A DNA stretch of 64,000 nt from an uncultured Candidatus Saccharibacteria bacterium (GTDB lineage: Bacteria; Patescibacteriota; Minisyncoccia; Phycocordibacterales; PALSA-1337). Under the pieces are notes generated by a model. The model worked only from the letters and a program-made list of their open reading frames with translations. It was not told the origin of the DNA and ran no database searches. Positions 40,291 to 51,108 of this stretch are shown here, in pieces. Every line of letters starts with the position of its first letter. The first letter of the stretch is position 1. The stretch lies in contig CAYXZI010000001.1 of the NCBI GenBank assembly GCA_964470105.1, positions 37,521 to 101,520 of the forward strand, in the 5' to 3' direction. A program made the position numbers and the translations under genes.

Positions 40291-41373
40291 TTATGGTTGT
40301 GATTGATACCATCCAGCTTTAACATCCTTCTTTGGGTCAGCAATCCAAATATTCATATTATATGCAGGCACAGTTGATTCTGCTTCAATTCTCTTAGGTT
40401 TAAGTCTGCCACTATCAGTTGATAGAACTTTATATATAGCGACACAACTCTGTCTATCAGAAATACTGTTTGAATTTTTATCTTTAGGCTCTTCAGTTGC
40501 TTTAACAGTTGTAGCGTTGATGCTTAGTTTCATCTCTGAACACTTAAGCGGTCTCTCAATTCTTGTTGTAAATTTATTATCAGTCGTATCAAGAACAACC
40601 TTATCACCAGAAACATGAATTTTTACTGTATACATCTCACCTGATGGTGTTGAAGGATTATCTCTAATCAAAAGATCAAAACGACTTACTGCAGAAAGAC
40701 CTAGATTTTGACTAGTGTTAGCAGACTTAATTGTGCCAGACAACTCACCACCACCTAAAGCAAGATCAACTGGTGGATATGATTTCATCGCATCAGCACA
40801 TGAAGATATGGCATCATCTCCAAAAAGTTTCTTTGAGATGAGTGGTTTCCCCCTGTCATCATAGTTGTTTACAAAAGTTGAAGCTGTCTTATCTGTATAG
40901 TTTAATACACAGTAGTAGTCAGAATATGTTTTACCATATGTTTTCGCGTAAAAAGAAGGAAGTGTTTCCTTTTTCGTATATGACTCTGTCTCTGGGAATA
41001 GATCGTCGGGGTCAATCTCTTTAGTGTCATCCCTACTTTTAGTTACTTCGTATTTGAGTGGATTAGCTTTTACATACTTAAAAGTTAATCGGGTTGTCTC
41101 CTTGGCACCCTGACTAGCTCCGGTATTAAGTGAATTTAGACCGTTTTGTGTTATCTTGGTTAGATCATAGGTATATGAAGAAGGATATATATCTGCACGG
41201 AATGGCCAGCTCCCTAATGTACGTGCCAATTGGCTATCTGAAGTGACGTTATTTAAAACCCCCGTTATAACACCTCCTTGAGTCAGCCATATTGAAGCGA
41301 TAGCTATAAACGCAAGAACAAAAGCAAATATTGTTTTTACATAATCCCTCTTTAACAACGTTCTTTTTTTCAT
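40291..41373 (-). CDS. Membrane-anchored/secreted hypothetical protein
   Basis: N-terminal TM and QLA motif, Ser/Thr-rich body. Confidence 0.7.
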   Translation of the reverse strand: MKKRTLLKRDYVKTIFAFVLAFIAIASIWLTQGGVITGVLNNVTSDSQLARTLGSWPFRADIYPSSYTYDLTKITQNGLNSLNTGASQGAKETTRLTFKYVKANPLKYEVTKSRDDTKEIDPDDLFPETESYTKKETLPSFYAKTYGKTYSDYYCVLNYTDKTASTFVNNYDDRGKPLISKKLFGDDAISSCADAMKSYPPVDLALGGGELSGTIKSANTSQNLGLSAVSRFDLLIRDNPSTPSGEMYTVKIHVSGDKVVLDTTDNKFTTRIERPLKCSEMKLSINATTVKATEEPKDKNSNSISDRQSCVAIYKVLSTDSGRLKPKRIEAESTVPAYNMNIWIADPKKDVKAGWYQSQP

Positions 41374-41426
41374 TTAATATTTTTAAATTTAATATTAAAA
41401 TATTATAACATAGAAAGATATTAGGG

Positions 41427-41933
41427 TTATAAAACCGCACTATTAAACTTTTTTTCATTTATGAGACTTTCCGCCTTTTGTGCAAGTTCAAAAAGAGTAC
41501 CTAGCTCGATGGTACTAAGTATTCTAGGCTTTGTATCCTTAACACAAAAAACTCCCACTGGCATACCTGATGCAGAATCTATTAATGCAATACCAGCATA
41601 AAACCTTATATATGGCTCACCTACCACATATGGATTATTTTTAAATCTTTCATCTTTTAAAGTATCCTCAACGATAAATGCATCTTTAGATATTAGAGCC
41701 CAGCTACAGAAAGCAATGTCTCTAGGACCTTGCTTATTTGATACACCCTGACAAGACTTGTACCATTCTCGATTTTCATCAATTATAGATATTGTAGAGA
41801 TTGGAACACTCATTCTCTCTAGTGCTTCTTTAGTTAAACTATCAAAAATTGGATCTGGGTTTGTATCTAGTATCCCCATTTTATGAACTACATCTAATCT
41901 CTCATTTTCTTTTTTATATAGTGGTGCTTTCAT
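41427..41933 (-). CDS. Stand-alone GAF domain protein
   Basis: E.ERL..V....ILDT, FC, D...D.RF..NPYV...P.IRFYAG. Confidence 0.9.
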   Translation of the reverse strand: MKAPLYKKENERLDVVHKMGILDTNPDPIFDSLTKEALERMSVPISTISIIDENREWYKSCQGVSNKQGPRDIAFCSWALISKDAFIVEDTLKDERFKNNPYVVGEPYIRFYAGIALIDSASGMPVGVFCVKDTKPRILSTIELGTLFELAQKAESLINEKKFNSAVL

Positions 41934-42008
41934 TTTTTTTAAATAATTAAAAATAATCCAAACATTGTTGGACTTCGTAGAGTCTCTTTAATACTATTAT
42001 ACCACAAA

Positions 42009-42449
42009 TCAATCAACTACCTTTTCTATACCAACAAAAAATAGAATCTTACCATTTGTATCTACTATAGGCGAAATATGTAATTCTGCTTTATAGATAA
42101 CCCCATCTTTCCTCTTATTATTAACAACTACACTTATATTCTTCTTCTCGTCTTTAATTGTCTTCCAAAGATGTTGGTAAAACTCTTTAGGCATCTGACC
42201 TCCCCATAATGAGGGTCTTTTACCAATAATTTCTGACATACTGTACCCAGTCATCTTTTCTACAAGTTCATTAGCAAACAATATTTTCCCATCAATATCA
42301 GTTATAACCACCTGTTCCTCAATTTGATTAAATATATAATTCAATGAACCACATCTATGGCATTTGACCTCATAGTACACACTATCGGTAACAGCTAGAA
42401 GTTTCTTGCATGAATTGCATCTAAATTCATTTTTATCCTTTAAGCTCAT
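42009..42449 (-). CDS. Com-like zinc finger fused to a PAS domain
   Basis: FRCNSCKKLLA...EVKCHRCG; ITD.DG.I.FAN...TGYS..E.IG, RKDG. Confidence 0.8.
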   Translation of the reverse strand: MSLKDKNEFRCNSCKKLLAVTDSVYYEVKCHRCGSLNYIFNQIEEQVVITDIDGKILFANELVEKMTGYSMSEIIGKRPSLWGGQMPKEFYQHLWKTIKDEKKNISVVVNNKRKDGVIYKAELHISPIVDTNGKILFFVGIEKVVD

Positions 42450-42492
42450 TTGGCAATAATATCACAAATATTGAATGGAACTAAACTTTCTG

Positions 42493-42565
42493 AGCCAAAG
42501 GTGAGGATCGAACTCACGACCCCAGCTTTACGAAAGCTGTGCTCTACCAACTGAGCTACTTTGGC
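42493..42565 (-). tRNA. tRNA-Thr(CGT)
   Basis: GCCAAAG/CTTTGGC, CAGCT-TTCGTAA-AGCTG, GTTCGATCC. Confidence 0.96.
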
Positions 42566-42571
42566 CAAAGT

Positions 42572-42696
42572 ACCCCAGGAAAGTATGGGCACCGTTATAG
42601 TTACGGCATGTTCGGTATTAACGTGGAAGCCACTACTCCGAACACTTACCCAGGCATCACGGGTATCTAATCCGCATAGTCTTACTCTCCTGGAGC
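42572..42696 (-). ncRNA. Candidate rRNA-mimic RNA (16S 790 loop plus 23S H69)
   Basis: 13-bp closing stem; contains GGATTAGATACCC and GCCGTAACTATAACGGT as hairpins; own TGnTAGTAT promoter. Confidence 0.75.
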
Positions 42697-42702
42697 TCTT
42701 TT

Positions 42703-42711
42703 ATACTAACA
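42703..42711 (-). promoter_or_regulatory. Extended -10 promoter for the mimic RNA and tRNA-Thr(CGT)
   Basis: TGT-TAGTAT, 6 nt before G42696. Confidence 0.6.
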
Positions 42712-42724
42712 TAATTATGAAAAA

Positions 42725-42800
42725 TGGAGCCGACGATGAGGATCGAACTCATGACCTCTCCATTACCAATGGAGTGCTCTACCAACCGAGCTACGTCGGC
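42725..42800 (-). tRNA. tRNA-Thr(GGT), CCA encoded
   Basis: GCCGACG/CGTCGGC-TCCA, CTCCA-TTGGTAA-TGGAG. Confidence 0.97.
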
Positions 42801-42846
42801 ACAGTGCTAAGAATAGTCTATTTATTGACTTTTTTCAATTAAATTC

Positions 42847-42880
42847 AAATGGCCGCTGCGTCTCCGCTACGGCCATTTTT
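42847..42880. terminator. Hairpin terminator, possibly bidirectional
   Basis: AAATGGCCG..GCG-tctc-CGC..CGGCCATTT-TT. Confidence 0.65.
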
Positions 42881-42911
42881 GTAATACAGTATTCATTTCG
42901 TAAAATGATAG

Positions 42912-43190
42912 TTATTTCGTTGCTTTTTTCCCAAAGTCAGAAGTCTGACTGGGAAGTGACGTGTTTTCATTACGGTCGTCCCGTAGAAAACACGAATCCC
43001 ATACTCTCTTCTTCACTTTAGGTTTTCTTGGATGAAGTTCCTTCACAAAGTATCCTTTGTTAAATTGACTCGTTTCCCCACCACAGCACATGCTGTAGTT
43101 ACCAAGGGGTGTTGGTGAGCTATACCAGGCAACAATATAGCACAAAACAAGAAAAAGGTGAAAAACCATCAAACCAACCATGATTAGCAT
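42912..43190 (-). CDS. Orphan small protein with N-terminal TM
   Basis: 92-aa ORF between tRNAs, followed by a hairpin. Confidence 0.45.
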   Translation of the reverse strand: MLIMVGLMVFHLFLVLCYIVAWYSSPTPLGNYSMCCGGETSQFNKGYFVKELHPRKPKVKKRVWDSCFLRDDRNENTSLPSQTSDFGKKATK

Positions 43191-43245
43191 GACCTCTAAT
43201 ATTTACTTTATATAAAATATACCTCGACACAGCTAAACGAATTTG

Positions 43246-43319
43246 CGCGATTGGCGGGACTCGAACCCGTAACCTCCCACGTGACAGGCGGGTGCTCTAA
43301 CCAGTTGAGCTACAATCGC
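43246..43319 (-). tRNA. tRNA-Asp(GTC)
   Basis: GCGATTG/CAATCGC-G, CCCGC-CTGTCAC-GTGGG, GGTTCGAGTCCC. Confidence 0.95.
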
Positions 43320-43458
43320 ATTTTAATGAAATCTTCAAAAATCACCCTTTTCCTATCGAGGAAAAGCCTACATTCCTTATTATACATAATTCTGTATAAT
43401 TTCAAAGCTCCAAAGATATTCTCTCTAAGCAACAAAAGACTGACACAGCGAATCAATG

Positions 43459-43532
43459 TGCCGATGCCTGGACTCGAACCAGGGACCTTCTCTTTATGAG
43501 TGAGATGCTCTAGCCACCTGAGCTACATCGGC
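43459..43532 (-). tRNA. tRNA with CAT anticodon (elongator Met or Ile2)
   Basis: GCCGATG/CATCGGC-A, loop CTCATAA, GGTTCGAGTCC. Confidence 0.9.
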
Positions 43533-43635
43533 GTTAATTTAGCTTATCAAGAATATAGCAAAAAATACAGATGATTACCAGTTTTAGCAGATTATATGAT
43601 GGCGCCACCTACTAAACTACAGCTCGATATGAGTT

Positions 43636-44346
43636 TTATGAGTTACCTTCCAAAATATACAGTTCATTTTTTATATCTTGAAGATAGGTATCGAGGATAT
43701 TAATTATCTGTGTTTTGTCAGGTAAAGAAGTGATTTTAGTTACACCATTTTTAACCACCAATATTAAACCTTTAAATTTATTACTTGGAAACAACAGTTC
43801 TCCTTCAAGATTTGTTGTATTAATAAGTGTCTTCAAAAGTTGTTTCTCGTCAGTAGATTTTAATAGATTCACTCTAAATTCCTCTAACTCAACTATCTTG
43901 CTTCTAATCTCCCTTACTCTCAAAACATCTTTATTTTTATCTGTAACCTCATCCAATCTACCTTTGTATCTATCAACCTCCCTTTCTAGTATGGCAATCT
44001 TTTCTTTAAGATTTATTATCTCTTCGCGTAGCTCATCATTCTGCTTTGTTAGATATATATTTTGCTGCACTACACCCTCATCTTTCACTATCTTTTCAAC
44101 TATTTTCGGCACCTCTTTAACTACCACTTTTTCAACTGGAACTATTGTGTCCTTTTCTAAAGTTTTATTTATTGGGACATTGTTTGTAATATCTATATCT
44201 GATCGTGGAGCATTATACATCTCAATCTTTTTATTCCAAGTAGTAGGATTCCACCAAACCCCAAATGCAATTCGAGGTATTAATAATATAAATAAAACTA
44301 GAGTAATTGATCTCTTCACAAAGATAATTGTATCATATCGAACCAT
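43636..44346 (-). CDS. Secreted coiled-coil hypothetical protein
   Basis: Signal-like segment then WWNPTTW, VEKVVVKEVP, coiled coil; exact start uncertain. Confidence 0.7.
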   Translation of the reverse strand: MVRYDTIIFVKRSITLVLFILLIPRIAFGVWWNPTTWNKKIEMYNAPRSDIDITNNVPINKTLEKDTIVPVEKVVVKEVPKIVEKIVKDEGVVQQNIYLTKQNDELREEIINLKEKIAILEREVDRYKGRLDEVTDKNKDVLRVREIRSKIVELEEFRVNLLKSTDEKQLLKTLINTTNLEGELLFPSNKFKGLILVVKNGVTKITSLPDKTQIINILDTYLQDIKNELYILEGNS

Positions 44347-44499
44347 TAAACATATGTGATATGTATGATTGATCTTATAACTTCAAAAGAGGCTTAGAGT
44401 TGATAATATAAACTTCTTCATGCAGATGATAATAACACAATAAAAACCGAAGAGAACACGTGCTTATTGTGTGCGTTTCATAAAAAGATGTCTTACTTG

Positions 44500-44572
44500 T
44501 TGCGGGGGCCGGAATCGCACCGGCAATCTCCAGGTTATGAGCCTGGCGGGTTACTGTTACCACTACCCCGCT
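44500..44572 (-). tRNA. Initiator tRNA-fMet(CAT)
   Basis: Unpaired 1:72 (A/A), GCGGGG/CCCCGC acceptor, CCAGG-CTCATAA-CCTGG. Confidence 0.9.
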
Positions 44573-44613
44573 ATTGAAGAATATACTACCACAAATATAC
44601 TAGTGCAGGCAAG

Positions 44614-45225
44614 TTATATATGGAAAAATTCCTCGAAGACCTTTCTATATAGTTGTATTACCCTTCTAGCATCATATTGACTGAAATTATAGTCCGATCC
44701 AGCATGTGCTAGTTCATTTCTAACTTTATGTGCTTCCCATGCATCATCCAATGTCTTAAATTCAGCTTTAGTTGCCCTCTTTAGCTGCTCACCGATACTA
44801 TCTCCTTTATACCCCAAACCCTTTAGTACCTCTCCTAAGATTATATCTGCCTCAATGATTGCTTGCCTCCAATCATTCGGATTCTGTGACTCTACATGTT
44901 TTAAAGCCATATCCCATTTCTTTGCTATTTCTGGATTACCCTCGGCTTTAACTGTCTTTCCTGTACCATACAAATCAATTTTTACACCATACACCTCATG
45001 CTCTTCTCGTATTCTTAATGCCTTTAGTCTTTCGACAGTGTATATAATTAGAAGAAAGAGAAGAAGAGATATGGGTATTGATATACCAATTATTAAACCT
45101 ATTGCTGATTTCGTAAATTCTATCAATTGAGGATAGTTTTCAGCCAAATATCTTAAGACAGTTGTAAGATACGGTTCAAAATCAACCGATGGTGACTGTA
45201 CGATATCTATTTCATTTTCTTGCAT
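44614..45225 (-). CDS. Conserved hypothetical membrane-anchored protein
   Basis: TM then W......S.NPNDWRQAIIEAD..L, AWEAHKVRN.LAH (HEPN-like RxxxxH). Confidence 0.75.
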   Translation of the reverse strand: MQENEIDIVQSPSVDFEPYLTTVLRYLAENYPQLIEFTKSAIGLIIGISIPISLLLFLLIIYTVERLKALRIREEHEVYGVKIDLYGTGKTVKAEGNPEIAKKWDMALKHVESQNPNDWRQAIIEADIILGEVLKGLGYKGDSIGEQLKRATKAEFKTLDDAWEAHKVRNELAHAGSDYNFSQYDARRVIQLYRKVFEEFFHI

Positions 45226-45236
45226 ATTTTTAAATA

Positions 45237-46652
45237 CTATTTAACCAAAAAATCTTTACCGACTTCAAACAGAGTCTTTTCATTTCCATGGGAAGCGGTC
45301 ATCTGTATACCTAAAGGCATCTTGTTTGAATTTACACCTGAAGGTATCGACATAGCTGGTAGGCCAGTGAGATTAGCTGTAACAGTGAAGATGTCCTCAA
45401 GATACATTGCAACTGGATCGGAATTCTTTTCACCAATCTTGAATGCAGGTGTTGGTGTTGTCGGTGTTAGTATTATATCAACTTTCTTGTATGCTTCCAT
45501 AAAGTCATTGGTGATAACTTTACGAAGTGAATTTGCCCTATTGTAGTATGCATCATAATACCCAGACGAAAGAACATAAGTACCTAATAGTATTCTCCTT
45601 CTTGCCTCTTTTCCAAAGCCAGCTCCTCTTGATTCAAAATAGTCTGCGATACCATCTTTTCCATCTTTATGTAATCCAAAACGTACACCATCAAAACGAG
45701 ATAGATTCGTTGATACCTCTGCAAAGTTTAGAATGTAGTATACGGGTAGCGCTTGTGCTGCATTTTTTAATTCAATATCTACAACCTCGTATCCTTTTTC
45801 TTTTAGCTTAACTATTGAATCATTAAAATTAGATATGATTTCCTTATCGATACCACCGATACTTAGGAGTGATTTTGGTATACCAATGACCGGCTTACCA
45901 CCAACCTTTTTGATTGTATATGTTTTATCACTAATTGTTGTACTATCTTTGATATCTACACCTCTCAAAACATTAAATACTATCTCATTATCATCAACAT
46001 TCTTTGAGATGGGGCCAATTTGATCAAAAGATGAAACTGCAGCCATTAGTCCATATCTTGAAATTGAGCCGTAAGTAGGTTTAAGCCCCACAACACCACA
46101 AAATGCAGATGGTTGCCTTACAGAACCGCCGGTATCTGAACCTAATGCGACCAGACACATATTAGCAGCTACTGCTGCTGCAGAACCACCAGAAGTACCT
46201 CCAGGTACTCTAGTCTTATCATGAGGATTACGAGTTACACCATATGCAGACTTCTCTGTAGAACCACCCAATGCAAATTCATCCATATTTGTTCTTCCTA
46301 AAAAGACAGCATTTTCCTTCTTTAACTTTAATATTGCAGTTGCATCATATGTTGCTTTATAGTTCTCAAGAATTTTAGAAGCAGAACTTGCTCTTCTCTC
46401 CTTTATTAAAATATTATCTTTAATACCAAAAGGAATCCCAGTTAAAATACTTGCAGTTCCATCTTTAAACCTCTTATCAGCCTCCTTAGCTTGTTCTACT
46501 ACATCATCAAACACCTCTAAATATGCATGTATATCTGTATCGTTCTTCTTAATTTCATTTAGGTAAGCATTAGCTAAATCGACTGCAGAATATACACCAT
46601 TCTTCATATCATCATGTGCCTTTTTAATTGTAAGATTTGATAGATCTATCAT
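45237..46652 (-). CDS. gatA: Asp/Glu-tRNA amidotransferase subunit A
   Basis: GIKDN, TNMDEF, PGGTSGGSAAAV, GSDTGGSVRQP. Confidence 0.97.
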   Translation of the reverse strand: MIDLSNLTIKKAHDDMKNGVYSAVDLANAYLNEIKKNDTDIHAYLEVFDDVVEQAKEADKRFKDGTASILTGIPFGIKDNILIKERRASSASKILENYKATYDATAILKLKKENAVFLGRTNMDEFALGGSTEKSAYGVTRNPHDKTRVPGGTSGGSAAAVAANMCLVALGSDTGGSVRQPSAFCGVVGLKPTYGSISRYGLMAAVSSFDQIGPISKNVDDNEIVFNVLRGVDIKDSTTISDKTYTIKKVGGKPVIGIPKSLLSIGGIDKEIISNFNDSIVKLKEKGYEVVDIELKNAAQALPVYYILNFAEVSTNLSRFDGVRFGLHKDGKDGIADYFESRGAGFGKEARRRILLGTYVLSSGYYDAYYNRANSLRKVITNDFMEAYKKVDIILTPTTPTPAFKIGEKNSDPVAMYLEDIFTVTANLTGLPAMSIPSGVNSNKMPLGIQMTASHGNEKTLFEVGKDFLVK

Positions 46653-46654
46653 AA

Positions 46655-46942
46655 TTAATCTTGTGCAATTATCTTTTTAACAGCGATAAAATCCCCCTCT
46701 CTATCTGGGGCTTCATTTAAAATTAATTCTCTATCGGGATTAGATTCGGAAACATCTTCTCTAAATACATTTCTATTAATTCCTGCATCCGGAACTTGAT
46801 CATTATTAACTGTAGCCTTTTTAATTTGGTCTACATATACAAGGATTGCATCTATATCCTTTGTAAGATCGAGTTTTTCTGACTCATCAAGCTTAATACG
46901 AGCCAAATTAGCTAGTTTTTCTATATCTGTAACCGTTATCAT
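46655..46942 (-). CDS. gatC: Asp/Glu-tRNA amidotransferase subunit C
   Basis: IEKLANLARI, NVFRED; upstream of gatA. Confidence 0.93.
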   Translation of the reverse strand: MITVTDIEKLANLARIKLDESEKLDLTKDIDAILVYVDQIKKATVNNDQVPDAGINRNVFREDVSESNPDRELILNEAPDREGDFIAVKKIIAQD

Positions 46943-46966
46943 ATTGTGATTTTAGCACAGAAAATG

Positions 46967-49465
<2,499 letters not shown>

Positions 49466-49469
<4 letters not shown>

Positions 49470-49918
49470 AATGTTAAATCGAAGAAATGATTCTCTAGTA
49501 TCGTAAAGTTTTGTATTGTACCATTCTGCCAACTAACATTAACCACGACTTTCTTTTCAGAGGATGAGATAGAGGTTATTACAAAAGTTCTAGTAAATCT
49601 ACTTGCTGTACCAGAACCGCATCCGTATGTACCATCATTTTGTATGTTTAACCGACCACAAACAGATGGATATACCCAGGTAGGTAAAGATCCGACACCA
49701 TTTGATAGAATATAGTTATCTCGATTATTCTTTATATCTTCCATTAAATCCTGTGCCAAATATGAAGCAGTAACCTGATCTTTAGCGTATATCGCAGCCA
49801 TAAGACTCTTTTGTGCAATAGTTAGTGGTCCTGCTATTGAGATCATGAGTATAGTGATAGCAACCAATGTTTCTATGATTGTAAAACCTTTTTGATTTTT
49901 AAGATCTTTTATTTTCAT
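49466..49918 (-). CDS. PilV-like minor pilin
   Basis: KGFTIIETLVAI, A.YLAQ..ME. Confidence 0.88.
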
Positions 49919-49919
49919 A

Positions 49920-50528
49920 TTATTTAATTCTCTGTGATACCCTAGTCTGAACCGAAAAATCAACTTTTTCCTTAGCCTTTACACCACTCTCGCCCTGTAA
50001 CCAGAAGAAAGCGTATGGTTGTTGATTTGATTCATTACTAACTTCAACGATTGATGCGGTTATCTTAATATCACTTGATGTTAGATCTTGAAAATCATCT
50101 TGATGTATACCCGCGCCACAATATGCTTCTTGAGCTTTTAGAATTTTTTGTCCAGTTTCATCGTATCTATATGCATATATTAAATTACACTTTTTGCCAT
50201 TAGTATCCACAGAAATATTTGAAGATTTGAAAGCCATTGTCCATTTACCAGATGTAATCTTCTTACTTTTATTATTGAAATAGTTTTCATCTATTACCCC
50301 ATTATCATTATCTAAATCATAATCTCTACCAACCCTCATTTCCCTAGACATAGATTCAAGTGCAAAATTGAGATTGTTAATTGTAGTCTTTAGACTAATT
50401 GATTTTCTATTGGCATCCATAACTTTCAAAAGTGCACCGACAGCAACCACAGCGACTACAGTGAAAATAGCGAGTGAGATAATCATCTCTACCAAAGTAA
50501 ATCCATTTTGTAATGATCTTTTTTTCAT
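49920..50528 (-). CDS. PilW-like minor pilin
   Basis: GFTLVEMIISLAIF, LESMSREMR. Confidence 0.88.
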   Translation of the reverse strand: MKKRSLQNGFTLVEMIISLAIFTVVAVVAVGALLKVMDANRKSISLKTTINNLNFALESMSREMRVGRDYDLDNDNGVIDENYFNNKSKKITSGKWTMAFKSSNISVDTNGKKCNLIYAYRYDETGQKILKAQEAYCGAGIHQDDFQDLTSSDIKITASIVEVSNESNQQPYAFFWLQGESGVKAKEKVDFSVQTRVSQRIK

Positions 50529-50529
50529 C

Positions 50530-51108
50530 TTATTTTACTGATATTTGACCTGTTGATCTTATCTCGATCTCTCTTTTTGTACCATCACTTGCTGCAACAG
50601 TTATCTTTGCATAATTCGAAATCTTTTCATTACCTCTAATGATAGCATTTGGATTAGGACGATCAAATATTATATCTAGGTTATTAACAGCGGTACAGCC
50701 AGAATCGATACACAAACTATCTATCTTACTACCTCTTGTAATTGAGGTTTTAGATAACTTTTCATCGATTGTTGTAGTATCATTGTCCTCTGCATCGTAC
50801 ACATAGTCATGATCTAGATCCACAAAGAATGCGTATTCAGTTGGCTGATTAGTACTAAAATGCACACCGTACGGCAGAAGGAAATCATTTGTATTTCTAC
50901 TAGCACTTTTAACATTTAGACCGTAGGATTGTGCATTACGTATTGAAAGAGCAACATCATAAGCTAGGTTTTTAAGCAAAACTCCCTGATTGAAAGTTCC
51001 ATATTTAGACAAAAGTAATGCCGTCATTACAGCAAAAATTGCAAGCGAAATTAGTAACTCTATAACAGTAAATCCCCCATTTGTATTTTTTAAATTTACT
51101 TTCTTCAT
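50530..51108 (-). CDS. FimT/GspH-like minor pilin
   Basis: GFTVIELLISLAIF, IR.AQ. Confidence 0.88.
   Translation of the reverse strand: MKKVNLKNTNGGFTVIELLISLAIFAVMTALLLSKYGTFNQGVLLKNLAYDVALSIRNAQSYGLNVKSASRNTNDFLLPYGVHFSTNQPTEYAFFVDLDHDYVYDAEDNDTTTIDEKLSKTSITRGSKIDSLCIDSGCTAVNNLDIIFDRPNPNAIIRGNEKISNYAKITVAASDGTKREIEIRSTGQISVK

Noticed and set aside
42613-42620. TAATACCG as a third (16S h8-region) mimic
   Set aside because: Only 8 nt, so it could be chance; not counted as evidence.
42572-42696. rRNA gene or rRNA pseudogene fragment
   Set aside because: 16S and 23S motifs lie about 55 nt apart inside a non-rRNA closing stem, which is not colinear with any rRNA operon.
42572-42696. tRNA or intron-containing tRNA
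   Set aside because: Multi-branched, but it has no T-loop/D-loop consensus and no 7-bp acceptor geometry.
42561-43499. ORFs 42561-42842 and 43251-43499 (also 44375-44563 and 44471-44680)
   Set aside because: Shadow frames over tRNA genes.
43715-44359. 214-aa + strand ORF and similar antisense ORFs (31872-32483, 51127-51564, 25024-25443, 7-354)
   Set aside because: Antisense shadows of better-supported genes.
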